Shown: one piece after another, positions 23,162-35,100 of the stretch
Numbering within the stretch: position 1 is the first letter of the stretch
Layout of the letters: each line of letters starts with the position of its first letter
NCBI GenBank assembly: GCA_973895155.1
Contig: OZ316899.1
Span: forward strand, 891,573 to 955,572
Origin: Marsupella aquatica
Lineage: Eukaryota; Plantae; Marchantiophyta
Reading direction: 5' to 3'
DNA: 64,000 nucleotides
The notes under the pieces: model-generated
What the model was told of the DNA's origin: nothing
Databases searched by the model: none
The model's input: the letters and a program-made list of their open reading frames with translations, nothing else
Program-made: the position numbers and the translations under genes

Positions 23162-25892
23162 GTAGTGCGGGTGCAGGTTCCCAATTTTGAAACAATTTGG
23201 CTCATTTTATGTCCCGAGGGACTCCAGGAGTTTATGTATTGAGTTTCTAGGTCAAGATGCTTAATATAAGGAAATTCAATTATCACTTCATTCCCAACTT
23301 CTATTAATTGAATATACACAAGCTGGAAGCAAGAAGACAAGCCACAATCTAGCATCTTAGCCAAACACAATCGTCCCGACAAAGCAAAACTCAGCTGGAC
23401 AGAAGTCACTCGGATCCACAAAAAATTGAAGATTCATCTCCAAGCCGGAGGCCGATCACTTCAGTACAACAGCTTCTGGACGTAACAAACTCTGCTCAGC
23501 CCCACAGAAACACAAATGTTAAGGCTCCAAGTCAGAGCTCACAAACAGAAACTCAGATAAATAACATTCAAAATCTGTCCAGGTTTGTGCAAAGTGTACA
23601 TATTCATTCTTCTGGAATGAACACGCAATGCATACATCGCCTAGACACAGTCATTATAAATCATTGGGCAATTGGGGACCACTAAGCAGGTGTGTTCCTA
23701 TTTCGAGGCTACAGGAAAGGATAGAGTGACACCAAACTGAAGAGTACACCAAAAGAAAAACAGCAAGAACCAAAGTCAATCATGTGTGGATAAATTGCAC
23801 ATGGGAAGTTCCCCTGAAGAAGCACCAGTTGCTAACATTGTCACCCGAACCACACCCAGTTTATTACCTCAATGTCTTCAACCTCAATATCCAATCCTCA
23901 GCCCCCTGGTGCTTCCGTGTTTGTTCTGAAAATTTCTGTGATGAAATAATTATTCAATACATTCAATAGCAAAGAGAACTCAATCACAAAAGAAAAATAG
24001 TTAGTGTGAATGCTAATTTCTCAACACTTAACTAAATTCAAACCACCAATTCAAGTAGTAAGTTTCAAAAACTTGCCTTTACATGAAGAGAAACCAATTG
24101 GCCATGCATGTTACTAAAGCAATAAACAAATAATTAGGCTCAACCCCGGGCTCAACACACAGGCAAACTACTCGAAACATGCTGCTGAGAAGTAGCATTT
24201 TTTGAATGTCAGACTATGTGTAAGTGCCATGATCGTGCTCCTACGTTTCACAAGGAGGGCTGGCCTGAAAGGGAGAAGCAACAATGTGGAGTCTATACAC
24301 GTAGCACAAATCCCAGTTTAGAAGGGTGGATGAAGTTCAGACAAGAGTTCAGAACTTGCCATTTGAGATTGCCAATCTGAACTTCACATTCAGACAGGAC
24401 TTCATCCAGTTCAGGAGTTCAGATAGGAGTTCAGACAATCTGAAGAGGACTTTGGACTTGAATGAGGGACAGCGTGGCCATATAGTTATCCTTGTGGCCT
24501 TCAGCTGCGTGTCTCAGGCTGAATTTCACTTTCCAGTTTCGAGAGTTCTGAAGGTCTAGTTTTAGTAACTTCCTCCTGACTCGACTTGGGAGCATTCTCC
24601 CTATTTGCTAGCTTGTAGTTAGCTTTGACTCCTGTGAGCTTAGTTGACGACCCTCTTGGGATATTAACAATTAGAACAAACACAAGTTGTCAAGACAGAT
24701 TCCACCGGAGCAAAAAGTCCAAAATCAGGTGAAAGAAAACCTAAGGAAAGTCCATAAGAACGAAAGTAGGAAGGCAGGTGCACGGGCCACCGAGAAAAGT
24801 AAAGTTTGCATGTGATTAGTGGGGAGGGATCCTAGCAAAAACAGGGGAAAGCAAGGGAACTTGCTGCTAAAATCAGCTGAACGATTGCACGGTTCCTATA
24901 AATTTAGTGGACCTTAAGGCCGTCTGTTCACCCCCCCACCCCATTGCCAGAGCACGGGGCACAAGGCATGTTCTGATACAGGGAGGAGCAAAACAGTCAT
25001 GTCAAGCAAGAAGTGTGGAGAGACCAATCAGTAAGCAAAAATAGGGGAGAACAGACATACATCAGCAGCAGCAGGAAACAAGAAAGATGATACTCTGTTC
25101 CATCTTAGAGTTGGGGACACTACTGCAACACCGGGACTGGAGATAGCATCCAGCAGGCCGGCGACCCATGCCAAAAGGGCAGAGCAGCAATCCACCATGT
25201 AGCGATAGGCGAGAGCAGCGATTACGACGATGAAAGATGGTCGAAGCTAAAGCAAAACCCCTAAAGATGCAGCTTGGCCATACTCTCCTTCCTCACCTCA
25301 TAGCGCTAGGCATTCAACCTCCCTCTTCAATGAACCTCACAGCAGCTTGAAGGTCGATAGATTTTACCTCGTCTCCTGAGCAGAAACATCTGCATTAGCT
25401 GAACAGAGCCCGGAATAGAGCTATCGCATTTAGCCTCCCGACTCCAAAATCGAACGCAACACAACCTCCAACTCCCAATGGCAGCTCAGTAGGTTGATCA
25501 GCTCGGTCAATGCAGGTCAGTCGACCTCAATAGCCACACTAGAAGCTCACCGCAAGTCACTCAAAGGTCAGACTAGAAGCTCCGCCGCCTTCACACCGTA
25601 GCAAAAAACAATGAGACCAATATCGAGCAAGGCGACCCTGTTTGAATATTTGGCGACCATCAGGCTCCACCCCTCCTTTCTCGCTACCGTTCCCCCATGT
25701 GATGGTTAAGCTTCTCAGGACACAATCAATCGCACAAATGTAGCTTAAAGCAGGACCTCACTAAGCAGACTATCGGTTAGGACCTTATAAACATAGAGAT
25801 AGATAGGTCAATGCAACCTTACTTGGGCCGATGCAGCATGTCTCTTGACAATGTGAAGCAGCGCAGCATTCCTCCACCTAGCTCGCAGTGAT

Positions 25893-25954
25893 CCTCCGCC
25901 TTGCTTGCAGTAACCAGCCTCCGCCTTGCTTGCAGTAACCAGCCTCCGCCTAGC
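25893..25954. repeat. 25-bp tandem repeat (CCTCCGCCTTGCTTGCAGTAACCAG x2.4)
   Basis: Units at 25893, 25918 and 25943. Confidence 0.9.
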
Positions 25955-26312
25955 TAGTTTGCACTGTCACGGCTGCAACTTTTTGTGCAACGACTTGGCC
26001 CTCCTACCAACTACGAGCTCCCAAAAGTATGTTGAGCAGATGTACACTCAGGCACCACCTCGTAGAGCTCAACTCCAAGTCGTCAGCTCTCACTTGAAAC
26101 TCAATAGCAGCTTAGCTCACCAGCAGGTTGAAAAGCGACAATGGACTCCCCTCAAAACTGATTGGCAGACCTCCACACTGACGCTCGTAGCAGGCCCAAT
26201 CCTAAACACATTTGCACCCTAAAGTCCAGTCGCGCTCAAACACTTTCAAATGACCCTACAGGAAGTTCGCGAAGAGTGCAGCTGGAATGAAGGTCGTCGA
26301 CTCCCAATTTCC

Positions 26313-26430
26313 CTCGCAAAACCAACCTCTGCGGCACACTGACCCTGAACACTTAGGGCAAGTAGTACCCCCAAAATCTCTCGCAAAACCAACCTCCAAG
26401 GTACACTGACCCTGAGGGAAAGTAGTACCC
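26313..26430. repeat. Imperfect ~67-bp direct repeat
   Basis: CTCGCAAAACCAACCTC..CACTGACCCTGA..AAGTAGTACCC at 26313 and 26380. Confidence 0.8.
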
Positions 26431-27133
26431 CTCACATGTGGGCAGCCATCGAGTGACTTAGCAAACAGGTTGGTTTGGACATAAAAGAACCAATGCAAAT
26501 GACTTAGCAAAAAGTTCAATGTGGGGAGAGTGCACTTTGGTCAAGAACAAGGCCAAATATAGTCAGGTATGAATCCACATTATAAGTGAAAGTACCCACC
26601 ATTCTGATGAAAACCCCCATATTTATACCCATTATATTTGGACCTCGCCAACCATGAGTGTGCAATATGTAGTTGCACCGGGAGTTGCATATTAGGGATT
26701 GGCATCCGAAATTGGCTAATGGGGTATGCATGCTGATGGAATTTTAAAAAATGATGTCCAATTCATATTGCACTATTGTGGAGTAACTAACATAACTTAC
26801 CTATTTCTTACTTACCAGTGTTACAATAGCGACATTGGATAAAGTTGTAAGCATGACTTCCCACAACCTCACCAAAACTTAGTTGGTATGATGTAACTAA
26901 CATGACACCCACAAACTTGGAGTCGCATATTTATGAAGGTCTCGCACAAGTCACATAGGGGAGGGTCTCAGAATGGGTGGTTTTCTTCTAGTGCGTCTTA
27001 CGGCTACTTCCAACGGGACTTAGCAACGGGATGGCGAACGCGAATTGAAGAAAAGGCAAATTAGACTTCGGGCGCTCACTCCTAACTTAATTCCTGCCAC
27101 CTCTGTTGATTCTACCAGCTTCCCCACTCCTTA

Positions 27134-29402
27134 GTGCACTCAACATATCGAATGAGAGCTATGGCAAACCTCGGCATTGATGAACAGTACCGAGTTGACA
27201 CTCTGGCAATTCCTAAGAGCATAGTCGCCCAAATTCCACCAGCGCCCGATAGCTATGCAAATTTATGGACTTCCTTACAGCAGCTAGGTTTGCAGCATCT
27301 ACTTGCCGTTCCTTGGGAAGTGGAGCTCGACACATATTTGCAGGATTTTGTAAAGGGGTCAGTGCTTGCTCCTGAATTTCGACAGACTATTCGAGCTCGA
27401 CCCAGCTTATGGACTGTGGAACAAATTGCTTATGCCTTCCGCTGCCCTTCAGAAGGAGAAGGATTGTATTCGAAGAAGAAAGATTTATCTACACCTTACT
27501 TCTCTGGGACTCGCAATCTCACCAATGGCTGGAATTTAACACTGTATTTATCCAGATTTGAGAGTGCTTTTGGAATTTCTAGTACCCATTCTACACCCGA
27601 AGAAGCCAACCATCTGTCTAGTGGCTTTGGTGAATACAATTGTAGCCGCACACAGTGGATCTGTCCAGGTGAATTGGGCCCTACTAATTTTCAATGTGAT
27701 GAAGGATCAGGTGAGGACCATGAAGGCAGGTAGACCCACTCGTCTGCAGATTTATTTGTCTCAACTCTATCATGCTTATGATTGTTTATATCCAGAGGAG
27801 AAAACGGAAAGAGGGCTGCTCCTGATTGAGTTAGGCATTGAAGAAGACCTAAGTATGGAAGAACCAGTGGATGCTGTTCCCCTGGATTCTCATGATCAGA
27901 ATGTGGATGCTGAGATGGAATTAGATAGGACACCCGCTCATAACTTAGAGCTGGTTCGACACCCTCTGCATAACGTGGTGTATTCACCAAGAGTTAATAT
28001 GAGAGATCAACCTGGAGCTGGAGAAGACAGAGATTCTCCTGAGCAATCAGCCGACGTTGTTGAACTGGCTCTTGCAACTGTCAACCTAAGGACCAACTCC
28101 TCCACTCCTTCGAAGGCAGAGTCAAATCAGCAGCTTATTGATAAGTTGACATCTCTCCTCAGTTGCAGTAATGATGGACTATATGACGCTGTTAATAATT
28201 TGAGAATGGAGGCTGTCAGTTTGAGATCACCATTTCATGATCAGCTAAGTCCTGTCAGAATGACCTCTCCCCCAAGAGAACCAGCACCAATGGAATTTGT
28301 GATCTGTACTCCTGTCACTGTACACCCCCCTCCCCTAGAAACAAGTGAGCCTATTCCAGTAACAGATAGTATCAGCTGTGTGGCCATTGTGGATGACTTG
28401 TTAGAACTACTACAGTGTGAACCTCGACAGATGGCATCTGTGGTCCGCAACTTGATCCAACAATGTCCAACTGCTAGTCCTACTCCTAGCCCAGGTTCGC
28501 AACCTTACAGCCCTGATTCCAACTACGAACCCACAGAAGGACCCACCTACAATCGGTCACAATATGAGCACCCTTTTGACAGAAAAGATCTACCTGAAGA
28601 CTCTGATCCACCCTCAGATGGTGAAACTTATAGATCTTATGATAATTCTCTTGAGTCATCCCCAAGGCAGGGATTTGAAGATGTTGATACTGCCTTAAGA
28701 TCCAATCCAGACTTAGTAGCAGTTGTCACTTCATCTACTCAAACACCTCGGAATGCTACTATCGAAAGCAGGTACCCTAGACGTCCTGAGTCAGAAGTGC
28801 ACAGGTATGCCACCACTTGCAAAATAATGCAGGCCAACAGACCACCGGTTGGAGAGTTCTGGAGATACTACTATCTAAAGAAGACTGAGGCAAGCTACAT
28901 CTTCGATCTTAGGTGTCTTGGTACTTCTAGAGTGGAAATGGCACAATTTGATGAGTTCTGGATTGACTCAATATACTTTCGGCCTATTCTTGCTATGATG
29001 CTACTCCACGGTGATGTAGAGGTAGAGGATTCAGACTTAGTTCTGGCATACTTTGGAAACTTTGCAGCCTATGCCTTGGATTTCGTGGTTTCCTTCCTGA
29101 TGCAGAGCAAGAAGTCTACTACTCTACAACACGATTACATACCACAAGGACCTAAGGTTACCCTTGTTTCAACCAGTACATTGGCTGAGAAACAGAGGAT
29201 CTGGAATAATGTCACTTCTCAGACTCTAGCTGAATTCAACCGATACTTCAGAGATGTCAGATGGAGGCTTCGACCCTTCTATTCTAGGATGATGAGTAGT
29301 GATGAGTTCCTGTTTCATTATCCTCAAGTGTATGCTGCTACCTGCAACAACTATGATGTGATCGGGATGTACAGAGAAGCCCTTCGTATTGATTCATGTT
29401 AG
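27134..29402 (+). pseudogene. Divergent retroelement accessory protein (PMD-like core, Pro/Ser linker, unknown C-terminal domain), frameshifted
   Basis: LGLQHLLAVPW/LQDFVKG/EQIAYAFRCP/TNGW in ORF 27134..27733 continues as LLEFLVPILHPKKP..VNWALLIF..TRLQIYL in ORF 27558..29402, collinear with the F2 core. Confidence 0.65.
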
Positions 29403-29759
29403 TTGATGAAGAAAATGCCTTTGATGTATCCTGAGAGACAACTGAGGTGCCTACCATACTCCAGAGGATCCCCACGCCAAGCTGAACTGATGGAGGTTAC
29501 TCAGAACCGAATTGTTACCCTTGTGGAATTGCTGGAACCCGACGACATCCGACAACAAGCTTGAAGAAGTCTTTTAGTTAGTTTTTAGAGTAGTGCATCT
29601 TATCTGATTTTTAGAAATGTGTTCTAGAGCTTTAAAAGCTGTCATACTTATTTAGCATGTAGTCTGTACCTAGGAAAACCTCCTGGAAAAATCTCAGAGT
29701 TTTCTGACTTATAGTTAGGAAGTTAAAAATAGTTGAAATTGCCAAGTCATTACTTCTGT

Positions 29760-29870
29760 CACGATTACGAGTTACGACTTAGCTTTTACTAGTTTAAGAG
29801 TTACTAGTTTCCGATTACGAGTTCCGATAGACAGCCGATTACGAGTTAATAGTTTACTAGTTATGAGTTC
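29760..29870. repeat. Cluster of GATTACGAGTT/TTACTAGTT motifs
   Basis: At least three GATTACGAGTT copies interleaved with TTACTAG. Confidence 0.7.
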
Positions 29871-29983
29871 ATACTTAGCCATTTTTCCGGCTTTTCACTT
29901 ACTGAATCGCCATTTTAAAATTTTGAGGGGTATGAAGAGGCATGTCTCTTCGACCCTGTGACCTCTCACTCAGTAGATTTTTA

Positions 29984-29997
29984 CTATAAGACCCCTC
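29984..29997 (+). promoter_or_regulatory. LTR-type TATA-like box (CTATAAGACCCCTC)
   Basis: Resembles the common plant LTR CTATAAATACCCC box; lies downstream of the accessory ORF. Confidence 0.35.
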
Positions 29998-31030
29998 TAC
30001 CACTAGTGTAGATGATGGTAAAGTTAAGCAATTTTTGCCTTTCCTTGGTGTTCTGCCAGTTGATCATGAATGTTAAGAGTTCGAGATCAAGCTTGACACC
30101 AGGAGAAGACTTTCCTCCTTCTTGTGGTTTAATCTTTCGAATAAATCATGGAAGTAAAATCCCAATTGTGTAAATCTTATGAGATCTGATGACAGATTCC
30201 TCTTTGGGTGACTCATTACAATCTCCTGAGTTCTTAGAGTTAACTCACTGAGTTTAAGTCTTATTTGAAAGTGATGGATTTTCTTTCATGTTGCTTAGTA
30301 CCATCTAAATGTTGAAGTAGTCACTCTTTTAGATTTTATCTGAGTACCACTTAGAAAGAAAGGATAAGACATGTTGACGGCATTTTAAAAGAGTACTCTA
30401 GTAAGCAATTTAGATCTGAAAAGCAATATGGATTTGAATCCTTAAGTCTTTTCATTTTGATTTATGTCTAAGGAGTAACCTTGGTCTATTCCAGACTCCC
30501 TTAGCATACTTTGAGATATTTTTCCTTGTGTTTTGTTAATCATTTCCTTTTCATTAATTTATGGTTACATGATGCTGAGTTGTCATTAAAAACCACTCAC
30601 CGCTGTGGAGCGATCTTCAAAATACCTTAGTAAAGTAATCAATCCTAATTACTATGTGTTAAAGAGAGTTCTTAAACTCTCATTTGTGTTTTTTATGTAT
30701 CAAATCAACCCCATCTTGTTCTTTACGTGAACGAATACCGAGTTTGAAGACCTTTAAGTGTGTTTTTGGTTCTTCATAGCAAACTACATGTATGAAGTTA
30801 GCATTCATGAAATTGCACCTAATCTTGAAGTGAGTTGTCTCAATTTTGTTTATATTCATTGTATTCTTTATGAATGTTTAAGTTCATCTCTAACATACTC
30901 TCCTAATTTTTTGCAGCAAACGCAACATCACAATATCTGGTGTAATAGTTGAACATCATTTGCAATTGATGTGTAGTTTAGGGACTGTCACTAGTCTCCA
31001 AAACAGGTGCTTGAGTAGTCCATAAGACTT

Positions 31031-31190
31031 GTGTAACATCATCACATGTGCTTTGATAATATCTGCAGTGTAAAACTTGTGCAACATCATGACATGTGCT
31101 CTGATAATATCTATGTAGTGCAATGTAGAACTAATTGTGCAACATCATCACATGTGCACTTGTTAATTATCTTTGTAGTGTAGTGTAAGG
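31031..31190. repeat. Imperfect ~50-58-bp tandem repeat x3 (AACATCATCACATGTGC..)
   Basis: Units near 31035, 31084 and 31140. Confidence 0.8.
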
Positions 31191-31494
31191 ATTAATAGCA
31201 GTCGATACATTGAACAGAGGAAATAGTAGTTGTAGGATACATCATATAAATATCCCATAGTCACAAGTACATTCATCATGTGTCCTTACAAGCGGCATTT
31301 TATAATGAAACAAGGATATTTTTATTGAGTGTCAAAAGTACTTATAAACTACTCAAGGGAGTTTTTAATGGATGAAATTTGTATTATTATAAATTTCAAG
31401 GATATTTTAAATTTGTAATATGAAAACTAATAAGGGGTACTCAACATGGAAGTGTTCACAGGGGTATAAGACATTTTAGCCTAAGTGATTCCCC

Positions 31495-31945
31495 AAGGGG
31501 AAGAAGAGGAGACAGCCTTGGCCAAAGAGAAGGATTTACTTGGGGGAGAATGGCCAGAGGACATCCGGCGGCTTGCAGAAAGACGAAGCAGCCCTCCAAC
31601 CACGATAGAAGAAATCCGAAAGGCGGCTTGGGAACAAAGGTCGCGGTGGTTGATGCCGATGACTACTACTCACTCCACCTATGCGCAAGAAAGAGCCATG
31701 GAGTACGGGGAGATGTGTGGGGAACTTGCGCTCAACATCTTTGGAGAGGAGTTGGAGCAGGGACCATTTTTCCAGAGGGAGATGTTGGAAAAATGCCGAT
31801 TGGAAGAAGCGATGGCTTTGGAGAGAAGAAAGAAGGACAAGGTCATCCGACGGCTTAGGCAGAAGACCTGAAGGCGGCCAAGAAAGCCCAAGATCAGCTG
31901 CGGATTAAGCGGCATGAGCTAAACATCACGAGGGGCAACTAGATA
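31495..31945 (+). pseudogene. Isolated fragment of an F2-type LTR ORF in opposite orientation
   Basis: ALAKEKDLLGGEWPEDIRRLAE..AMEYGEMCGELAL.IFGEELEQGPFFQREMLEK; homology stops just before the CACTA TIR. Confidence 0.85.
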
Positions 31946-31951
31946 TCCCTT

Positions 31952-31971
31952 CACTAGTACATTTTAGGGCC
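31952..31971 (+). repeat. Candidate CACTA terminal inverted repeat (TSD candidate CTT)
   Basis: CACTAG start followed immediately by the subterminal motif array; partner end not in window. Confidence 0.6.
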
Positions 31972-32183
31972 ATTATCCGATAGCTATTCCGTTGGATCCC
32001 TTTGGAAACTTCATTTCGGAAAAATCAACTATCCGATGTAACCTGCTTCGCAATATCCCATCCAATCCTCATCGGACATCAACCATCGGACTTACTTCGG
32101 ACTTTCCGTTGCTGATGCCGACGGACTTTCCGATTCCAAGCCATTCGCAAACCTGCACATCCGATCCAATACATATCGGACAC

Positions 32184-35100
32184 TATGGCACGGTTCCCAA
32201 GACCTCTAACACCGAGAACTACCCTCAACTGATCATAAACCACTTGGTTATGTCGGTCCTCTGTCCTTACGGCAGCTATTCAGCTTGGAAACATGATACT
32301 CTCCTTGGGTCCACACTTACCGGATTGATTCTTTCACTGGGCTTGTGAATTGTGCACAACTGAGATACCTAATTCCTCCTTAACTTCTTCAGGTATATTT
32401 GTATTCCGCCCCCGGAATGTACCTCTACGGCTTAATTTCTTAAGCCGACTGAAGGTCTTTTTTAGACTGACTCAACCCACACTTCACCGACTAACACTCT
32501 CAATCCTCACTGTTCTCTCAGAGTTTGATTTGGGCAGTCTCCAATCAAGGCAATGCGATTGTATTTTGCTCAACAGTTCACCCTATCTGACTTTAATCGA
32601 TCAAGCAACAAATATCATAACACTCAACTTCTTGGATGACAAGAATCTGCGAACTATGCAACGAAGCCAACTCAATTCAAACAATTGCTCAGAAATCCAA
32701 GGGAACTGGTGGTTTACTGATACCTTGCGGTCTAGATTTAGCCGAGAGCTTCCTGTGTTTACAACAATATAGATTAACACTAAAGCCTTGACTAAGAAAA
32801 AGCCCCTGAAACCACGCTGCCCAGGTTTTTATCCTTGCAGCGCTTTCAAAAAAACAACAGAGATCCTAACCACCACACATGGCCTTCCACCGCGATAATC
32901 CTAAAAAAAACTATCACCTAAAAACTTGAATAGCCCGGAACCCTGTGTGAATCGAGCATCTACTACTATCCAAGCCGACAGGGCGCTACTTGCCCTATCC
33001 CATCCTACAACGGCCGCGCCCTTCTGGCCCAAGCCCTTCTCCTGCCGCCACGTCCTCCTTCCAACCGATGACTGGCCCTCCTTAATTGTCAGATGACCGG
33101 GGGTAAGTCCGAATCTTCCGACTCTACACCTTCTCCTGCCATCAGCCCTGGCCCGACCCTTCGGCTTCTGTTTTGCCGGCCCCGGCACCGGTCTCGGCAT
33201 CGGCATCTGCATCTGCATCCGCATCCTCCTGGGAAACGGCTTGGAGAGCCTTTGCCTTAACTTCCTCAATCCAAGCCTTTTCCCCGATGCGCTCGGTCTT
33301 GATAATCCACGGTTTCACGTTCTGTGTGTCCATAGAAGCAATACCATCGTCTAAACTTGTTACCGCAACTCCAAGTTGATCCGCAGTACTTACCTCTACC
33401 ACCGCTGCCTTCAGGGCCACAGTACCACAAATGTGAGCAGCCATGCTCTTGACTTCCTCCGGAGTGGCTTTAAGGGTTTTAACTTTATTATCGCCTGGCC
33501 CCATGAACGTCTTTGCCAAGTCTGCCACCAACTGCATGGCTTTGCCCCCAGTCACACTTGACAACAGAGAGCTTGGCTTCGGCTTCGGCTTCACTATATT
33601 TCCGCCTACCATACTACTGTCGGGAAGCCTTTCAGTTGGTGACCCATATCCCGCTTCGGCATACTTCTTCAATTTCTGCGTTTGATTGTCGGCACGCCTC
33701 TGCAGCTCGATCATCTTATCCTTGGCATCCTCCAATTCTTGAGATACGTCTTCAACTTCATCGTTAAGCCGTAGTATCTCGGCCTTGGCCATCTTCAACT
33801 CCTCATTTAAGATCTGGACGATCTCCAACTCTTGTTTATCTACGGATGCTTTCAAGGAGTCGTTGATACCTTCCAGTTTTGTGACCTTGTTCGTCCATGC
33901 TTGCTTTGTCCTGGTTAGCTCCTCTTGAAGCTCCTTGCGTATCTGTTGAACCCGGTTTAGGTGATCATTGGCCGCCGTGCACATGGCGTCATCATGCTTT
34001 CCACACATGGTCTCCAACCGGTCGAGTAACTTATCATACTTCCTTTGGGCTTCTACCAAGGCCTTTTCGCTCTGGGTGGCCTGCTCCTTAGCCGTCTTTC
34101 TGAGCCTCTCAACTTGGCGATTTAAACCCTGTACCTCTACTTTTGAATCGGCTAACTCCAGCTCTATCTTCGTCAACTTTTCCTTGATCTGCTGGTTATC
34201 CAATTGGTAGTTTTCCAATTGGTTGTTTGCCACGTCCAATTCCTGCTGCCTAGCCAAGAGATCCTACTGAGTTGGTTGAGCAGACTTTGTCTTAGCAACT
34301 TCGGCCTCCATGGAGCGAAGCCGAGCAATTACTTCCTCCTTCTTCAATCGCTCCAATGTCATTGCCTCCTCTAGTCTCGTCTGATCAGCCATTTCTTTTC
34401 TAAGAAATGGCCCGGATTCCAACTCGTTGCCGAAGATTTCTAAGGCTAAGAGTCCACACATGTATCCATACTCCTTAGCCCAATTTCTTGCATAGTTTGA
34501 CCTCCCAGGTGATACTGGCATCTGCCATCAAGGTCGTCTCTCCCAAGCTTTAGCCCGTAATTGGTCAAAGTTAGTGAGAGGTTCGGCTTGCCTCTCACTA
34601 AGCCGTCTTATTCCTTCTGGCCACTCACCTCCTGGTAGCTGGTATTCGTGTTCTGCATTCCGGGCCCCCCACTCCTTAATCTTCTCATGTAGCCCGGCTT
34701 CAGCTTCCTTCATCTTGTCGAATTCCAATGGCGTCACATCTGGTGGAGGAGATTCTGGCATTTTTTGGTCCTCCGGTTTGCCATAGAAGACCGCGGGAAG
34801 TCTTCTACAAAACCTTCCCATCGTTCTAACTCCTGGGACCGGCCTCTCCCCATGATCGACATAGTCATTGTTGTAATCATCCACATTGACCTGACTACCT
34901 AACATGTCAGCCTCTCCTCCAAAGCCCCCAATCTCCTCCTCTGAAAATTGTTGGGCTGCAGCTGGTTGACCTTCCACCATGGATCCGTTCACTTGGGCTC
35001 TGTTAGAAGCTTTTACAACCAGCCTCTCCTGGCCTCGGCTTACCTCCTCGTCTATCTCCGAATCCATTCGCTCGTCATATTTCTTTCTCTCTTCGGCAGT

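Noticed and set aside
24630-26520. Possible further LTR ending ...GTACCCCTCACA at 26436, or starting TGTGGGG at 26520
   Set aside because: No matching opposite terminus, TSD, PBS or PPT found
29996-30008. CACTAGTG at 30001 as the right TIR of the first CACTA
   Set aside because: No partner or TSD is visible, and the context (CTATAAGACCCCTC) fits an LTR promoter equally well; left unresolved
14044-31180. CACTACAAAG at 14044 and its reverse complement at 31171..31180 as a CACTA TIR pair
   Set aside because: 3-bp flanks differ (GTG versus TAG), the left copy lies inside the F3 LTR between TATA and ATG, and the right copy is part of a local tandem repeat
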